A stretch of 64,000 nt of DNA from an uncultured Chloroflexales bacterium (GCA_937925925.1 CALANA010000114.1:185-64184), one strand, 5' to 3'; counted from the stretch's first letter, positions 8,386 to 18,225 are shown. Translations and numbers: made by a program. The notes: generated by a model from the letters alone, not told the origin.

Positions 8386-9534
8386 TTACTTGCCCAACGC
8401 CTGGCATAGCCGTTCGATACCTGTTGCAAAAAGAGCTGGTTCGGTTAGCGCCGAAAGCATCAGGTGTGTGCCAGGCACATCACCATAAAAATACCCCGGA
8501 TGCACCAGCACCCCCTGTTCCAACATGGACAATACCAGCGCCTCTTCATCGTGGTGGCCGTGTACAGATGGAAACAGATAGTACCCGCCGTCGGGTGGTT
8601 GCATAACGAGTGCCGGGCAGGTCGTGCCATAGGCCAGCGCCAGATCTATATTGGCCCGCACCCGCTCGACCATAGCAGTGACAAAGTCCATGCCCTGCGC
8701 AAACAGCGAAGGCAACAGCGACTGCGCCAGGCTATTCGCCCCCAACAACGTATCGTTAAGCAGTTCCAGCCGCTCACTATAGCCCACCTCTGCCGCTGTA
8801 TTCAGCGCGATCCAGCCCAGCTTGAGGTCGGGTAGCGCAAACAACTTGGAAATGCCGTTGAGCATAAAGACCGGCAGATCGGGATGCAGCGCTCCGACAG
8901 GTGGAGTGTGGGCTGCTCGGTAGGTAAAGGGCGCAAATACCTCATCACAGATCAGCGGCAGGCCCAGCGTGGACAGCGCGGGCAATGGGGCCTGGATGAT
9001 TGCACCGGTCGGGTTGTGCGGCGACACGATCAGCACGGCTCGTGAGCGTGAGTCGGCTTGCGCCAGCAAACTCGCACCATCGATCTGCCAACCTCGCGCC
9101 TCGTCCAGTTCGTAGATCCGCAGTTCGAGCTGGCGTAGTTCGGCCAGGTACTCGAACAGGGGATAGGTGACATTCGGTGCCAGCAGGTTATCACCTGGAT
9201 CGGCCAGTAGACTGAAGAGTAAGAGATAGGCTTCACTGGTACTGGCGGTGATGAAGATTGCATCGGATGGCAATGCCAGTGGCGGTACACGCTGCGCATA
9301 GTAATCCGCGATAGCAGCGCGGGCAGCCGGGTTGCCGCGTGGATCAGGGGCATAACGTCGAGTGGCCCAGTAGGTAGCGCTGGCCGCGTGCAGTATCTCC
9401 GGCGGAAAGAGCAAGCTCTGCCAGGTCGGGTTACTGCTGGTCAGGTCGATATAGCCCGCTCCGGCAGCGACACGACGGCGTGCCAGTTCAATCGCGTTTG
9501 GGTGCAGATCAAGATGGGCAAAGCAGCCAGGCAT
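8386..9534 (-). CDS. Pyridoxal-phosphate-dependent aminotransferase (class I/II)
   Basis: 382 aa. NPTG motif. PLP-lysine context NGISKLFALPDLKLGW. Confidence 0.85.
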   Translation of the reverse strand: MPGCFAHLDLHPNAIELARRRVAAGAGYIDLTSSNPTWQSLLFPPEILHAASATYWATRRYAPDPRGNPAARAAIADYYAQRVPPLALPSDAIFITASTSEAYLLLFSLLADPGDNLLAPNVTYPLFEYLAELRQLELRIYELDEARGWQIDGASLLAQADSRSRAVLIVSPHNPTGAIIQAPLPALSTLGLPLICDEVFAPFTYRAAHTPPVGALHPDLPVFMLNGISKLFALPDLKLGWIALNTAAEVGYSERLELLNDTLLGANSLAQSLLPSLFAQGMDFVTAMVERVRANIDLALAYGTTCPALVMQPPDGGYYLFPSVHGHHDEEALVLSMLEQGVLVHPGYFYGDVPGTHLMLSALTEPALFATGIERLCQALGK

Positions 9535-9550
9535 AGGTTTCAGATGTCAG

Positions 9551-9630
9551 GGGTTGACCTGATCGATGGAGTGACGACTTTAGTCGTTGTACTCAGTGGA
9601 GTGACACTTTAGTCGTTTCGGGACTCTTTC
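9551..9630. repeat. E-core-like fragment
   Basis: gtgacgactttagtcgttgtactcagtggagtgacactttagtcgtt resembles the E core gtaacgac(t)aaagtcgttac. No clear termini. Confidence 0.35.
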
Positions 9631-9823
9631 ACTGTTTTGGTTACGTAACTTTGTAAGTTCTGGTAACCGTTTACCGGCGGGAAGGTGGGGGGTCTATAGC
9701 CCCCTGCCTTCCTGCTTTCAAGCACCGCTTGCAGGGGCATTGTCCCTCCAGACTACCCCACCTGAGTGGTTACCATCTTCATGCGTCTGCATTATAGAGG
9801 CACGGTGATGTAGATGCAAGCTC

Positions 9824-10120
9824 GTCAGTGAACACGTCATGGTGCGCCTGGGAGGGTGGGCGTCCCCCTGGGAGGGTGGGCATCCCGCCCTCTGCACCTG
9901 GGCGGGCGGGCGTCTCGCCCTCTGCGCCTGGGGGAGGGCGTTCCGCCGCCAGGGAGGGAGGGTGTCTCGCCCTCTGCGGCAGGGAGGGAAGGCGTCTCGC
10001 CCTCTGCGGCAGGGAGGGAAGGCGTCCGCCAGGGAGGGCGGGCGTCTCGCCCTCTGCGGCAGGGAGGGAAGGCGTCCGCCAGGGAGGGCGGGCAGCGTGC
10101 CCTTGAGGGTGAACAGGTAC
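9824..10120. repeat. GC-rich D-type element D4 with internal degenerate tandem repeats
   Basis: gtcagtgaacacgtcatggtgcgcctggg ... reiterated gcgtctcgccctctgcggcagggagggaag units ... gggtgaacaggtac. It is flanked by similar about 16-bp direct repeats (ctgcattatagaggca at 9787 and ctgctataatagaggca at 10146). Confidence 0.75.
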
Positions 10121-10339
10121 GTGAACACGTTCATTTGAACTGATTCTGCTATAATAGAGGCATGATAAGCAATTGCGTATCTTTCTGGATCATCAGCGGT
10201 GCTGCCTATTCCGCTGAACCCTCCTGGATGCGTGCGGTCTGGAAGGAGCGTTGAGTCTCGTTCGTAAGCGTAATCTGTGGTATGGCGGTGACTGGACGAG
10301 CGCCCTTCTCAACGTTCCAATCCGCATCATGTTAACCAG

Positions 10340-11884
10340 ATGATCATTTGTTGTGACCAGCGTACAGGCAGTGGGTGTGGAGCCATCAACCCGAATACTG
10401 CGGAATATTGTGAACAGTGCGGAATGAACCTGCGTTTCGCGCTGGTATTGCACGCCCCCGGTTCACGGGTTGGCAACTATGAGATTGTGCGTATTCTGGG
10501 CCATGGCATGTATGGTGCCGTCTATGAGGCGCGGTCGATACAACAGCCTGATCTCCATGTTGCGCTTAAGGAATCACTTGATCCGACCAGCATCCGCACC
10601 TTCCGCGATGAGTTTGCAGTGTTGCGTCATCTTGAACATCCGGGGTTGCCCCACTATTATGAACTGTTTGAGGTGGACAGCAATACCTATCTGGTCATGG
10701 AATTGATCCCCGGTCAGACATTGGATCAACTGCTCCAGCAACACGGTATACTCGAAGAACAACAGGTGCTGGATTATGCACAGCAGATCTGCGACGTGTT
10801 GCACTATTTGCATACCTATCAACCCCGGATCATTCACCGCGATATTAAACCGACCAATATTCGCCTGACCCCCGATGGTATGATCAAATTGGTGGACTTT
10901 GGGCTGGTAAAACAGGGCACCCAGCAGACCCGCCATACCCTACGTGGTATTGGAACGCCGGCCTACGCACCCATTGAACAGTATGGCGGCGGGTTGCAAA
11001 CCGATCCTCGGAGTGACATTTATAGCCTGGGAGCCACGCTCTATCATTTGCTCACTGGCTATGAGCCACTGCCTGCGCCGGATCGCGTGGCGACCATGCC
11101 CGATCCCTTGCCCCCCATCTTCCACTACAATCCGCGCCTCTCGCAGCATGTCGGGGCTGCGGTGCATAAGGCGCTGGCGCTGGCCCAGCAAGATCGCTGG
11201 CCAGACGTGCTGACCTTCCGCCGGGCGCTTCTGGGGGGCGGTCGCTCGCTACGAGTGATGCAAGACCTGTCTACGCCCGCTGGATTGCTGAGTGGTCTGC
11301 GTAAGTTGTTTGGCTGGCACGATGATAGCCACAGCCTACGACACAAACTGGCTGGGCATAAAGGCGGAGTCTGGTGCGCAGCCTATAGTCCTAATGGGCA
11401 TAGTCTAGCCAGTGGCGGCAATGACCGCCTGATTCGACTCTGGCGTGTGTCCGATGGACACTTGCTCAATACCTTGATCGGGCATACGGGGGGCGTTATT
11501 TGCCTGGCATGGCATCCCGGTGGTCAAATCCTGGCGAGTGGTGACAGCAATGGCAATATCTTGCTCTGGTATCCCGATCATGCGAATCCCACACCGCAGA
11601 TATTGCAGGCGCACACCGCCAGCGTGATCAGCGTGTGCTGGCACCCGGAGGGGCAGATGCTTGCCAGCGGTACCCAGAATGGCGAGGTGATAGTGTGGCG
11701 CAAGACGGTAGAGTCCGAACCTGATCCACAACCCGATCTCTCCAACGAAAAGCCACCGCAACCTCTGACGCCCAGCGTGCTTGGATCGCATGCCAAAATG
11801 GTACTGAGTGTCCTCTTTAGTCCCGATGGCAGCACGCTAACCAGTATCGGTCTCGATGGGAGCGTGCGCGTGTGGTGGGTGTGA
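10340..11884 (+). CDS. Ser/Thr protein kinase with N-terminal zinc-ribbon and C-terminal WD40 repeats
   Basis: Cys-rich N-terminus (CCDQ...CEQCG). Kinase motifs ALKE, HRDIKPTN, DFGL and APE-like. C-terminal repeats (LASGGNDRLIRLW, LASGDSNGNILLW, LASGTQNGEVIVW). Confidence 0.9.
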   Translation: MIICCDQRTGSGCGAINPNTAEYCEQCGMNLRFALVLHAPGSRVGNYEIVRILGHGMYGAVYEARSIQQPDLHVALKESLDPTSIRTFRDEFAVLRHLEHPGLPHYYELFEVDSNTYLVMELIPGQTLDQLLQQHGILEEQQVLDYAQQICDVLHYLHTYQPRIIHRDIKPTNIRLTPDGMIKLVDFGLVKQGTQQTRHTLRGIGTPAYAPIEQYGGGLQTDPRSDIYSLGATLYHLLTGYEPLPAPDRVATMPDPLPPIFHYNPRLSQHVGAAVHKALALAQQDRWPDVLTFRRALLGGGRSLRVMQDLSTPAGLLSGLRKLFGWHDDSHSLRHKLAGHKGGVWCAAYSPNGHSLASGGNDRLIRLWRVSDGHLLNTLIGHTGGVICLAWHPGGQILASGDSNGNILLWYPDHANPTPQILQAHTASVISVCWHPEGQMLASGTQNGEVIVWRKTVESEPDPQPDLSNEKPPQPLTPSVLGSHAKMVLSVLFSPDGSTLTSIGLDGSVRVWWV

Positions 11885-11934
11885 TATTTGACAATCGGTA
11901 GTCTGCTGTGTACAGTTAAGAAGAAGGGCTGAGG

Positions 11935-12969
11935 ATGAAAACCGATATACCGCTCAAACGACTGACCCACTTGCGACCGGCCGATCTGTTGCTGCTGTTA
12001 GGTACACCTGAGGCTGAGGTTCTGAGTGTGGATACCTTACAATTGCCATCCAGTGCCACGAGTCTGGATACAGTGTTGCGACTGCGCCAACCGGATGGCA
12101 CCGAGTATTTGCATGTGATCGAATGGCAGGGGTATTACGACTTGCTCTTTCTCTGGCGTGTCCTCGGCTATCTCGCCTGGCTGGGGCAGAACCAGCCGGA
12201 ACGCCCGATCCTGGTGACATTAATTTATTTGAAACCCGATGATGATGTCGGTAACACCCTCACACAGCACCTGGCAGGACAACCCGGATGGACTGTCACC
12301 TTGCCCTGCATTCGTCTATGGCAAGAAGATGCGGCGTCCGCGCTCGCCAGTGGTCGTCCTGGATTAGCCGCACTCTGCCCATTGATGCACGGCGCGACCG
12401 ATAGCATGGTTGAACAGGCCGCCTCCTTGATTATCGATCAGGTTGCCCCACCTGTACAGAACGAATTGTTGGCGGCACTGGGCGTATTTTCCGCATCATT
12501 GATGGAAGTCACACGCTTTATGCGGCTCGTAACAAAGGAGCGACTTATGGCAACCGATCTCATTTCATATCTCTTAGAAGAAGAACGTGCAGAATGGGAA
12601 CAGGAAAAGGCCTCTCTCGAACAGGAAAAGGCCACCCTCGAACAGGAGCGACTCATAGCAACCGATCTTTTAGAAGAAGAACGTGCAGAATGGGAACAGC
12701 AAAAGGCCACTCTCGAACAGGAAAAGGCCACACTCGAACAAGAACTTGCAACTCAGAGCGTTTCACTTCAGGATGCGCTGGTGCGTCAGACATTGCAGCA
12801 AGGGGTAGAAGATGTTTTGATAGCGCGGTTTCCGCATGTTCCCATCACGGTCGTCAGGGATATTCGCCAGATTACGGATCTTACGCAGTTGCAACATCTG
12901 CTGGGAGCACTCGCTCAGGCACCCGATATGCAGAGCGCATTGCAACTGCTACGCGTGCAATCCAACTAA
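11935..12969 (+). CDS. PD-(D/E)XK (Rpn/YhgA-like) putative nuclease with coiled-coil repeat and DUF4351-like C-terminus
   Basis: N-terminal D...IEWQ pattern resembling PD-(D/E)XK. Internal duplicated EERAEWEQ(E/Q)KA(S/T)LEQEKATLEQE block. C-terminal helical tail. Family call is tentative. Confidence 0.5.
   Translation: MKTDIPLKRLTHLRPADLLLLLGTPEAEVLSVDTLQLPSSATSLDTVLRLRQPDGTEYLHVIEWQGYYDLLFLWRVLGYLAWLGQNQPERPILVTLIYLKPDDDVGNTLTQHLAGQPGWTVTLPCIRLWQEDAASALASGRPGLAALCPLMHGATDSMVEQAASLIIDQVAPPVQNELLAALGVFSASLMEVTRFMRLVTKERLMATDLISYLLEEERAEWEQEKASLEQEKATLEQERLIATDLLEEERAEWEQQKATLEQEKATLEQELATQSVSLQDALVRQTLQQGVEDVLIARFPHVPITVVRDIRQITDLTQLQHLLGALAQAPDMQSALQLLRVQSN
12547..12745 (+). repeat. In-frame imperfect tandem duplication (about 96-108 bp unit) inside the CDS
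   Basis: gcaaccgatct...ttagaagaagaacgtgcagaatgggaacag...ctcgaacaggaaaaggcca occurs twice. Confidence 0.8.
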
Positions 12970-12971
12970 GA

Positions 12972-13084
12972 TATAGCACTCCTCAACCAATTGTGCGGAA
13001 CCGAAGTCCAGGCTTTCGCCTGGACGGAGCAAGCCCCAGGCGAAAGCCTGGACTCTCATTTACGATTGGTACAGGCTTGCTATA
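12972..13084. mobile_element. MITE-A copy A3
   Basis: tatagcactcc...gaagtccaggctttcgcctggac...gattggtacaggcttgctata. TA on both flanks. It starts 3 nt after the upstream stop codon. Confidence 0.8.
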
Positions 13085-13198
13085 ACAGACATATGTGGTG
13101 ACTTGACGTCTATGCTCTTCTCGGCTATGGTAGTGTGGAAGAGTAGAGGTGAGCGGCCGCAAGCAAAAAAAAGCTACGGGCGACCGCGTAACTCCTGT
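13085..13198. mobile_element. MITE-B copy B4 (degenerate)
   Basis: acagacatatgtggtg ... gcgaccgcgtaactcctgt. Confidence 0.45.
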
Positions 13199-13217
13199 AA
13201 GATAAAGGGTATTTGCC

Positions 13218-14201
13218 ATGCAAATGACCAGACGTGAACGACTGGCGGAAGCCGTCGCTGGCAACGAAACTGACCGTGCCCCCGTGGCGCTCTGGCGGCA
13301 TTTCCCGGTGGACGATGCCGATGCCGAGCAATTAGCGTTGTCGGTGCTGGCCTTCCAGCAGCAGTATGACTGGGATTTCATCAAGCTCACCCCGTTGAGC
13401 AACTACTCTATTGCCGACTGGGGCGGAACGGTCGCCTACCACGGGCATCCTGAAGGTACGAGCGACTACATCACGCCACCATTAATCACGGTCGCCACCG
13501 ATTGGGAGCGCTTACAACCGCTAAATGTCTACGCCGGGGCGATGGGTCAGCAACTGGACTGTATTCGTCGCTTGCGCGAGCTGGCTGGCCCGGATATACC
13601 GATTATCGAAACCGTCTTTAACCCGCTTTCGCAAGTGAAGCGTCTGGTAGCAAAAGGAGCCGAGATTGTCCATCTTCGGCGTTATCCACAGCAAGTGCGT
13701 GCCGCGCTGGAGGTAATCACTACGACCACCATCGACTTTGTCACCGCAGCGTTGGAAGCTGGCGCAGACGGGATCTTCTATGCCATTCAGCATGCCCGTG
13801 CCGATCTGCTCAGTGTGGACGAATATCGGGAGTACTTGCAGCCGCTGGATCTGCGCATTCTGGAAGCTGCTCGCCACGGTACGTTTAATTTGCTGCATCT
13901 GCACGGCCTTCACACCTACTTTGATCTGGTAGCCGATTATCCGGTTCACGCCTTGAATTGGCACGACCGCGAAACCGGCCCCACGTTGGCCGCGGGTGCG
14001 CAGCGGTTCACCGGGTTGGTCGTGGGTGGCCTCAGCCAGGAAGATATAGTAACCGGTAATCCTACCAGCATTGGGCAACTGGTGCAGACGGCACTGACCG
14101 AAATGGGCGGACGGCGGGTGTGTCTATCAACGGGCTGTGTTTTGCCCACGGTTGCACCCTGGGGCAACATTCGTGCCCTGCGAGCAGCCGTCGAACGTTA
14201 A
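13218..14201 (+). CDS. Uroporphyrinogen decarboxylase (URO-D) family protein (MtaA/CmuA-like)
   Basis: 327 aa. N-terminal RRERLAEAVAGNETDRAPVALWRHF pattern and overall length are typical of URO-D-like proteins. Confidence 0.7.
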   Translation: MQMTRRERLAEAVAGNETDRAPVALWRHFPVDDADAEQLALSVLAFQQQYDWDFIKLTPLSNYSIADWGGTVAYHGHPEGTSDYITPPLITVATDWERLQPLNVYAGAMGQQLDCIRRLRELAGPDIPIIETVFNPLSQVKRLVAKGAEIVHLRRYPQQVRAALEVITTTTIDFVTAALEAGADGIFYAIQHARADLLSVDEYREYLQPLDLRILEAARHGTFNLLHLHGLHTYFDLVADYPVHALNWHDRETGPTLAAGAQRFTGLVVGGLSQEDIVTGNPTSIGQLVQTALTEMGGRRVCLSTGCVLPTVAPWGNIRALRAAVER

Positions 14202-14366
14202 CCTGTCTCTGGGGGATGCGAAACTATGCCGCGTACGCAGATCGGCCATTCACGTTCACCGCTATGCTGCTCCGAGTCGTTCTGTGTGCGCGAGTGGTTC
14301 AAAAAGAATGTCGGCCACATACCGTTCGTTCGGTGCCCTCTACTGTCTTGTTCGGGTTCGCCTGCC

Positions 14367-15938
14367 TCACGGTGCCAGCAACCCATCGACAAAATCCTCC
14401 AGCGCAGTCAGGTCGAGGTCATCACCGGCCGCAAGCTGGGCCGCCAGAACATCCAGGTTGATTACCGCTGCGGCTTCAATCGCGGGATCATGCCCAAAGC
14501 CACTGTGGATGAGATACAATCGCTGATGATCAAAGCCACTGCTGGTCAACAGGGTACGCAAGGCGGTGATGCGATGCTGCTGTGTTTTCCAGGCACGCAC
14601 TGGCACCAGCACATAATCAGCGATTTTCAACAGACGCACGCTATAATCATTCAGGCTATGCGGTGCATCGACCACCAGAACGTCATAATGTTCACGCAGA
14701 CGTTGTACCACGCGCTTTAAGGTATCCGCCGTGACCCTGGCCCCCTGCGCAATATCCACAGGTGCGGGCAGCACATGCACACCACTGGCATGCGGCGTCA
14801 GTTCCTCTTCCGGCCAGCGAATAAACCCGACCCGTGCGGCAAAATCGTCGAGTGTCACCCGTCCCTCCAGTCCCAACAATGCCGCCACGTTGCCAAACTG
14901 GAGATCGGCGTCTAACAAGGCTACGCGCTGGCCCCGGCGTTGCAGCAGGAGCGCCAGGCCACACGCCAGTGCCGTGCAACCATTGCCACCACCAGGACTA
15001 TAGACGGTAAAAACACGACAACGCTGCTCACGTTGCAACGGTACTCCTATCGCTGGCAACAACAAAGCGGGTGCGGACTCTGTAGTACTCGATGTCTGAC
15101 GGGTATGCACTGTGTGCGCCAGTGCTGTTGAGAGTAATTGGGCACGGGACATAGCGGCTGCCAGTTGATCGAGCTTTGGTGGCTTGAGCAAATAATCCCG
15201 AATCCCACTCTGAGCTGCCAGTTGTAGTTTGCCGACATCGGCCTGCGCCGCGAGCAGAATTGCGCATGTGGTGGGTACATACAGGCGCAACTGTGCTGCC
15301 ATATCAAACGCTGTCCGACCGAATTGATCGGCATCAATCAGGGTCACGGTTGGCCACAACTGCGCAGCCTGCATCAGCGCATCACGTATAGTGCGCGCCT
15401 GCTCCACTGCTGCCAGGGTAAGCCGCTGCCGCAAAATGGTTGCCAGCCGTGTTCCAGCTCCACTCGTTTTGCTAACCAACAAAAGAGATGGCGATTGGGC
15501 TGCACCTTGCGTCCCCGTTGTCATACCAGTCGCTGCCTGGGGTGCTGGTCGGGGCATATCACAGGCGCGGATTACCGCAGACACCACTTGCTCAATACTG
15601 AGCGGGGGGGTGAGAATATCACAGGCACCAACCTGCAACCAGCGTATAAGCCGATCTGCCTGGGGATGTACTTCGAGAACAAGCAACCGGGACTGACCCA
15701 GCGTCAGGTGTAGCAGTGTGGCCGCCGCTTCCAGGATGCCAGGCAGCGTCGCATCGAACACCAGTGCATCAGGAACATAGGCTATCGCCAGCGATTGAAC
15801 TTCCGTCGTGTCTGTGGTTGAGGCAACCACTTCCACCACGCGGTTAATATGCTGTTGACCACGGAGCGCCTCCCGCAACTCGGACGTTGCGGTAGCCAGC
15901 AAAATTCGTAGCGGCGAATGGGGTGCTTTTGTGATCAT
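14367..15938 (-). CDS. Receiver-like domains fused to a CpaE/TadZ/MinD-like ATPase fold with degenerate Walker A
   Basis: 523 aa with two N-terminal CheY-like segments. C-terminal VFTVYSPGGGNGCTALA...VALLDADLQFGN matches the CpaE/ParA architecture, but both Walker A lysines are replaced. Confidence 0.7.
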   Translation of the reverse strand: MITKAPHSPLRILLATATSELREALRGQQHINRVVEVVASTTDTTEVQSLAIAYVPDALVFDATLPGILEAAATLLHLTLGQSRLLVLEVHPQADRLIRWLQVGACDILTPPLSIEQVVSAVIRACDMPRPAPQAATGMTTGTQGAAQSPSLLLVSKTSGAGTRLATILRQRLTLAAVEQARTIRDALMQAAQLWPTVTLIDADQFGRTAFDMAAQLRLYVPTTCAILLAAQADVGKLQLAAQSGIRDYLLKPPKLDQLAAAMSRAQLLSTALAHTVHTRQTSSTTESAPALLLPAIGVPLQREQRCRVFTVYSPGGGNGCTALACGLALLLQRRGQRVALLDADLQFGNVAALLGLEGRVTLDDFAARVGFIRWPEEELTPHASGVHVLPAPVDIAQGARVTADTLKRVVQRLREHYDVLVVDAPHSLNDYSVRLLKIADYVLVPVRAWKTQQHRITALRTLLTSSGFDHQRLYLIHSGFGHDPAIEAAAVINLDVLAAQLAAGDDLDLTALEDFVDGLLAP

Positions 15939-15980
15939 CCAATGTTCAGATGTCCAAAACGCGATTTTTTACCAATGCAC

Positions 15981-16907
15981 TTATACGAGCAACCGACGCG
16001 CTCGCAAATAGGGCACGATTTTTTGCTCAACCGGCCAGGCGGAGAGCATACGGACATATGTTGCCCCATGGTACCCACAAGCCATCGCAATCTGTTGCTG
16101 CCATGCCTGCATACGTCGGCGATAGATAGTGATGGTCTCGGTATCCAGTGTGAGCGGAATGCGCTGACCCGTCTCGCTATCTTCCAGTTCGAGCGGCCCT
16201 TGCAGATCTGGACGCAACTCGCGGGTATCGAGCATATGGCAGACCAGCACCTGCCAGCGCGGTGGCTGCAAGGCCTGTAAGCCTTCCGCCAGACCACTGC
16301 TGGAGAGCAGATCCGAACATAAGACCAGCAAACCTCCACGTGGATGCATACGGGCGTAAAGGCGCAACACTGCTTGCAGATCGGTCTGGGGTTGCATGGT
16401 GGCCGTCTCAATATACCGAAACAGATCAAACAGCCGCCCCTTGCCCTGTATCGGGCCAAAGGGTCTCGTCATGGTTGCGCCAAACGGCATCACGCGCACG
16501 CGGTCATGATGTGCAAGCGCCAGATACCCCAGCGCTCCAATTAACTGCTGCGCCGATCGTAATTTGGGTGGTTGACCCCAGGCCATACTGTACGAGGTAT
16601 CAAGCAACAGATGAATTTCGACATTCTGCTCTGTCTCACCCAGTTTGACCAGTACTTGATCCTGCCGCGCATAGGCATTCCAATCAATATAGCGCATGTC
16701 ATCGCCACTGGTATAGGGGCGATGGTCGCTAAAAATGCTCGTCGGCAACTGCCGACGGCTGGCATGCTCGCCACTGGAGGGTTGTCCACGCAATGTACGT
16801 TGCGCTTGCAGGCTTAACCGCTCCAGCCGACGCAAAAATGCCTCGTCAAATAGCGGCTCCTCACGGGTGGAGTTACTGTGTTGGCGAAAAATAGTCTTGA
16901 ACCACAT
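15981..16907 (-). CDS. DUF58 domain protein (vWA-like, normally MoxR-associated)
   Basis: Signature DHRPYTSGDDMRYIDWNAYAR. Confidence 0.85.
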   Translation of the reverse strand: MWFKTIFRQHSNSTREEPLFDEAFLRRLERLSLQAQRTLRGQPSSGEHASRRQLPTSIFSDHRPYTSGDDMRYIDWNAYARQDQVLVKLGETEQNVEIHLLLDTSYSMAWGQPPKLRSAQQLIGALGYLALAHHDRVRVMPFGATMTRPFGPIQGKGRLFDLFRYIETATMQPQTDLQAVLRLYARMHPRGGLLVLCSDLLSSSGLAEGLQALQPPRWQVLVCHMLDTRELRPDLQGPLELEDSETGQRIPLTLDTETITIYRRRMQAWQQQIAMACGYHGATYVRMLSAWPVEQKIVPYLRARRLLV

Positions 16908-18216
16908 CGCGTAAATCTAAGGGAATACGTAACGGATCATCACCCGTCCGTACTTCGCTTGTATCAAGTGAACCCGTAGGCGGCAAAAAGCTTCCGGTTG
17001 CACTGCTGGTAACAGATAAATCTCCACTCGCAGAGGCTGGTGTGGTACCAGCACCTTCGCTTTCCAGATCCAGCGGTACCCCCTCTACCCCCAGCCGATC
17101 AGACGGTACTGATTGCTCACGCTGATCACCGGCAATATTTCCGGCCCCTGCTCCTGCCCCAGACTGCGGGGATTCTGACGGGCCCTGGTCGTCTGTATCG
17201 CCCTGTTGTGTTGCCCCCTGGCTCCCCAGTTGCTCAATCAGGGTTGCCAGATTTTCCAGCGCCTGCGCTGCATTCTGTCCGCCCTGTTCAAGACTGTCCG
17301 CCTGCTGCCGAATCTGGTTAGCCAGTTGAGCATTATTACGCCCAATCTCGTTCGCCGCCTCACGCAGTCCCTGTGCCAGATCACGGCGCGTTGTGGCTGA
17401 GAGTTGATTCGCCTGGTCTGCCAGAGATCGCAACTCCTGAGCTGCCTGGGCTGTATTGCTCTGATCCAGCGCCGTCGCAGCCGGGCGAGTTGCACTCTGG
17501 TCGCGCAAGGCATCCGCCAGTGCCGCAAGCGCGGCGGCCTGCCCGGCCGTACGTTCCTCACCCGCATCTGCCATCCCTGAGTCGGTTTGACCCGGCTGAT
17601 CTGTGCCAGAATTACCCGTTGACGATTGATTGGGATCATCCAGCAGATCTGGGGGAAACTCCCGTGTCATCTGATCAGGAACAGCGAGTGCGGGCAATGG
17701 ATCAGGGGTTGTAAACAGATCCGGCAGACCCAATCCGATCATCAACAGCAACCCCAGACCGAGTAACACAAAGGCAATGAGGGTGATGACTTCTGACCAG
17801 GGAAAGCGCTGATGCGAGGCGACATAGCGCTGCACACGACTGATCGTGCGCTGCGATTGATCCAGCAAGCGTGCAGCCACTCCCTCTGCCGCACCCTGCG
17901 CATCCACTTCCAACGCAGTCGCAAGCTGATTGTTCAGGCGAAAGCGCCGATCCAGCCGCCGCGCCGTTGCTGCCGGTGACATAGGCGGTTTGAGCAACAG
18001 CAATACCCCAACCCCAGTACAGGCAATAACCAGCAAACCCAGCAGTTCAAAGCGCAAGGGCCACCCGAACAACAGATGCCCACCCAGGCCGATGCACAGC
18101 AGCGACATGCCGACCCACGCGAAACGCAACAGGGTGCGAATACCCCGCCAGGCCCAGCGATCATTCGCCAGCCGTTTGAGTTGTATATGCAATGGTTGAT
18201 GCAGCATAGCTTCCAA
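16873..18216 (-). CDS. Membrane protein with Gln/Ala-rich coiled-coil region, unknown function
   Basis: 447 aa with three predicted TM segments and a long A/Q-rich low-complexity region. TTG start in the ORF track; an ATG 9 nt downstream is possible. Overlaps the DUF58 gene by 35 nt. Confidence 0.6.
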   Translation of the reverse strand: MEAMLHQPLHIQLKRLANDRWAWRGIRTLLRFAWVGMSLLCIGLGGHLLFGWPLRFELLGLLVIACTGVGVLLLLKPPMSPAATARRLDRRFRLNNQLATALEVDAQGAAEGVAARLLDQSQRTISRVQRYVASHQRFPWSEVITLIAFVLLGLGLLLMIGLGLPDLFTTPDPLPALAVPDQMTREFPPDLLDDPNQSSTGNSGTDQPGQTDSGMADAGEERTAGQAAALAALADALRDQSATRPAATALDQSNTAQAAQELRSLADQANQLSATTRRDLAQGLREAANEIGRNNAQLANQIRQQADSLEQGGQNAAQALENLATLIEQLGSQGATQQGDTDDQGPSESPQSGAGAGAGNIAGDQREQSVPSDRLGVEGVPLDLESEGAGTTPASASGDLSVTSSATGSFLPPTGSLDTSEVRTGDDPLRIPLDLRDVVQDYFSPTQ

Positions 18217-18225
18217 TACTTTAAC

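Noticed and set aside
9824-10120. A GC-rich repeated region with overlapping 90-140 aa ORFs on both strands (for example 9718-10134, 9839-10138)
   Set aside because: All frames are open because of G/C-rich tandem units. The peptides are low-complexity G/R/P/A strings, and the sequence belongs to the D-type repeat family.
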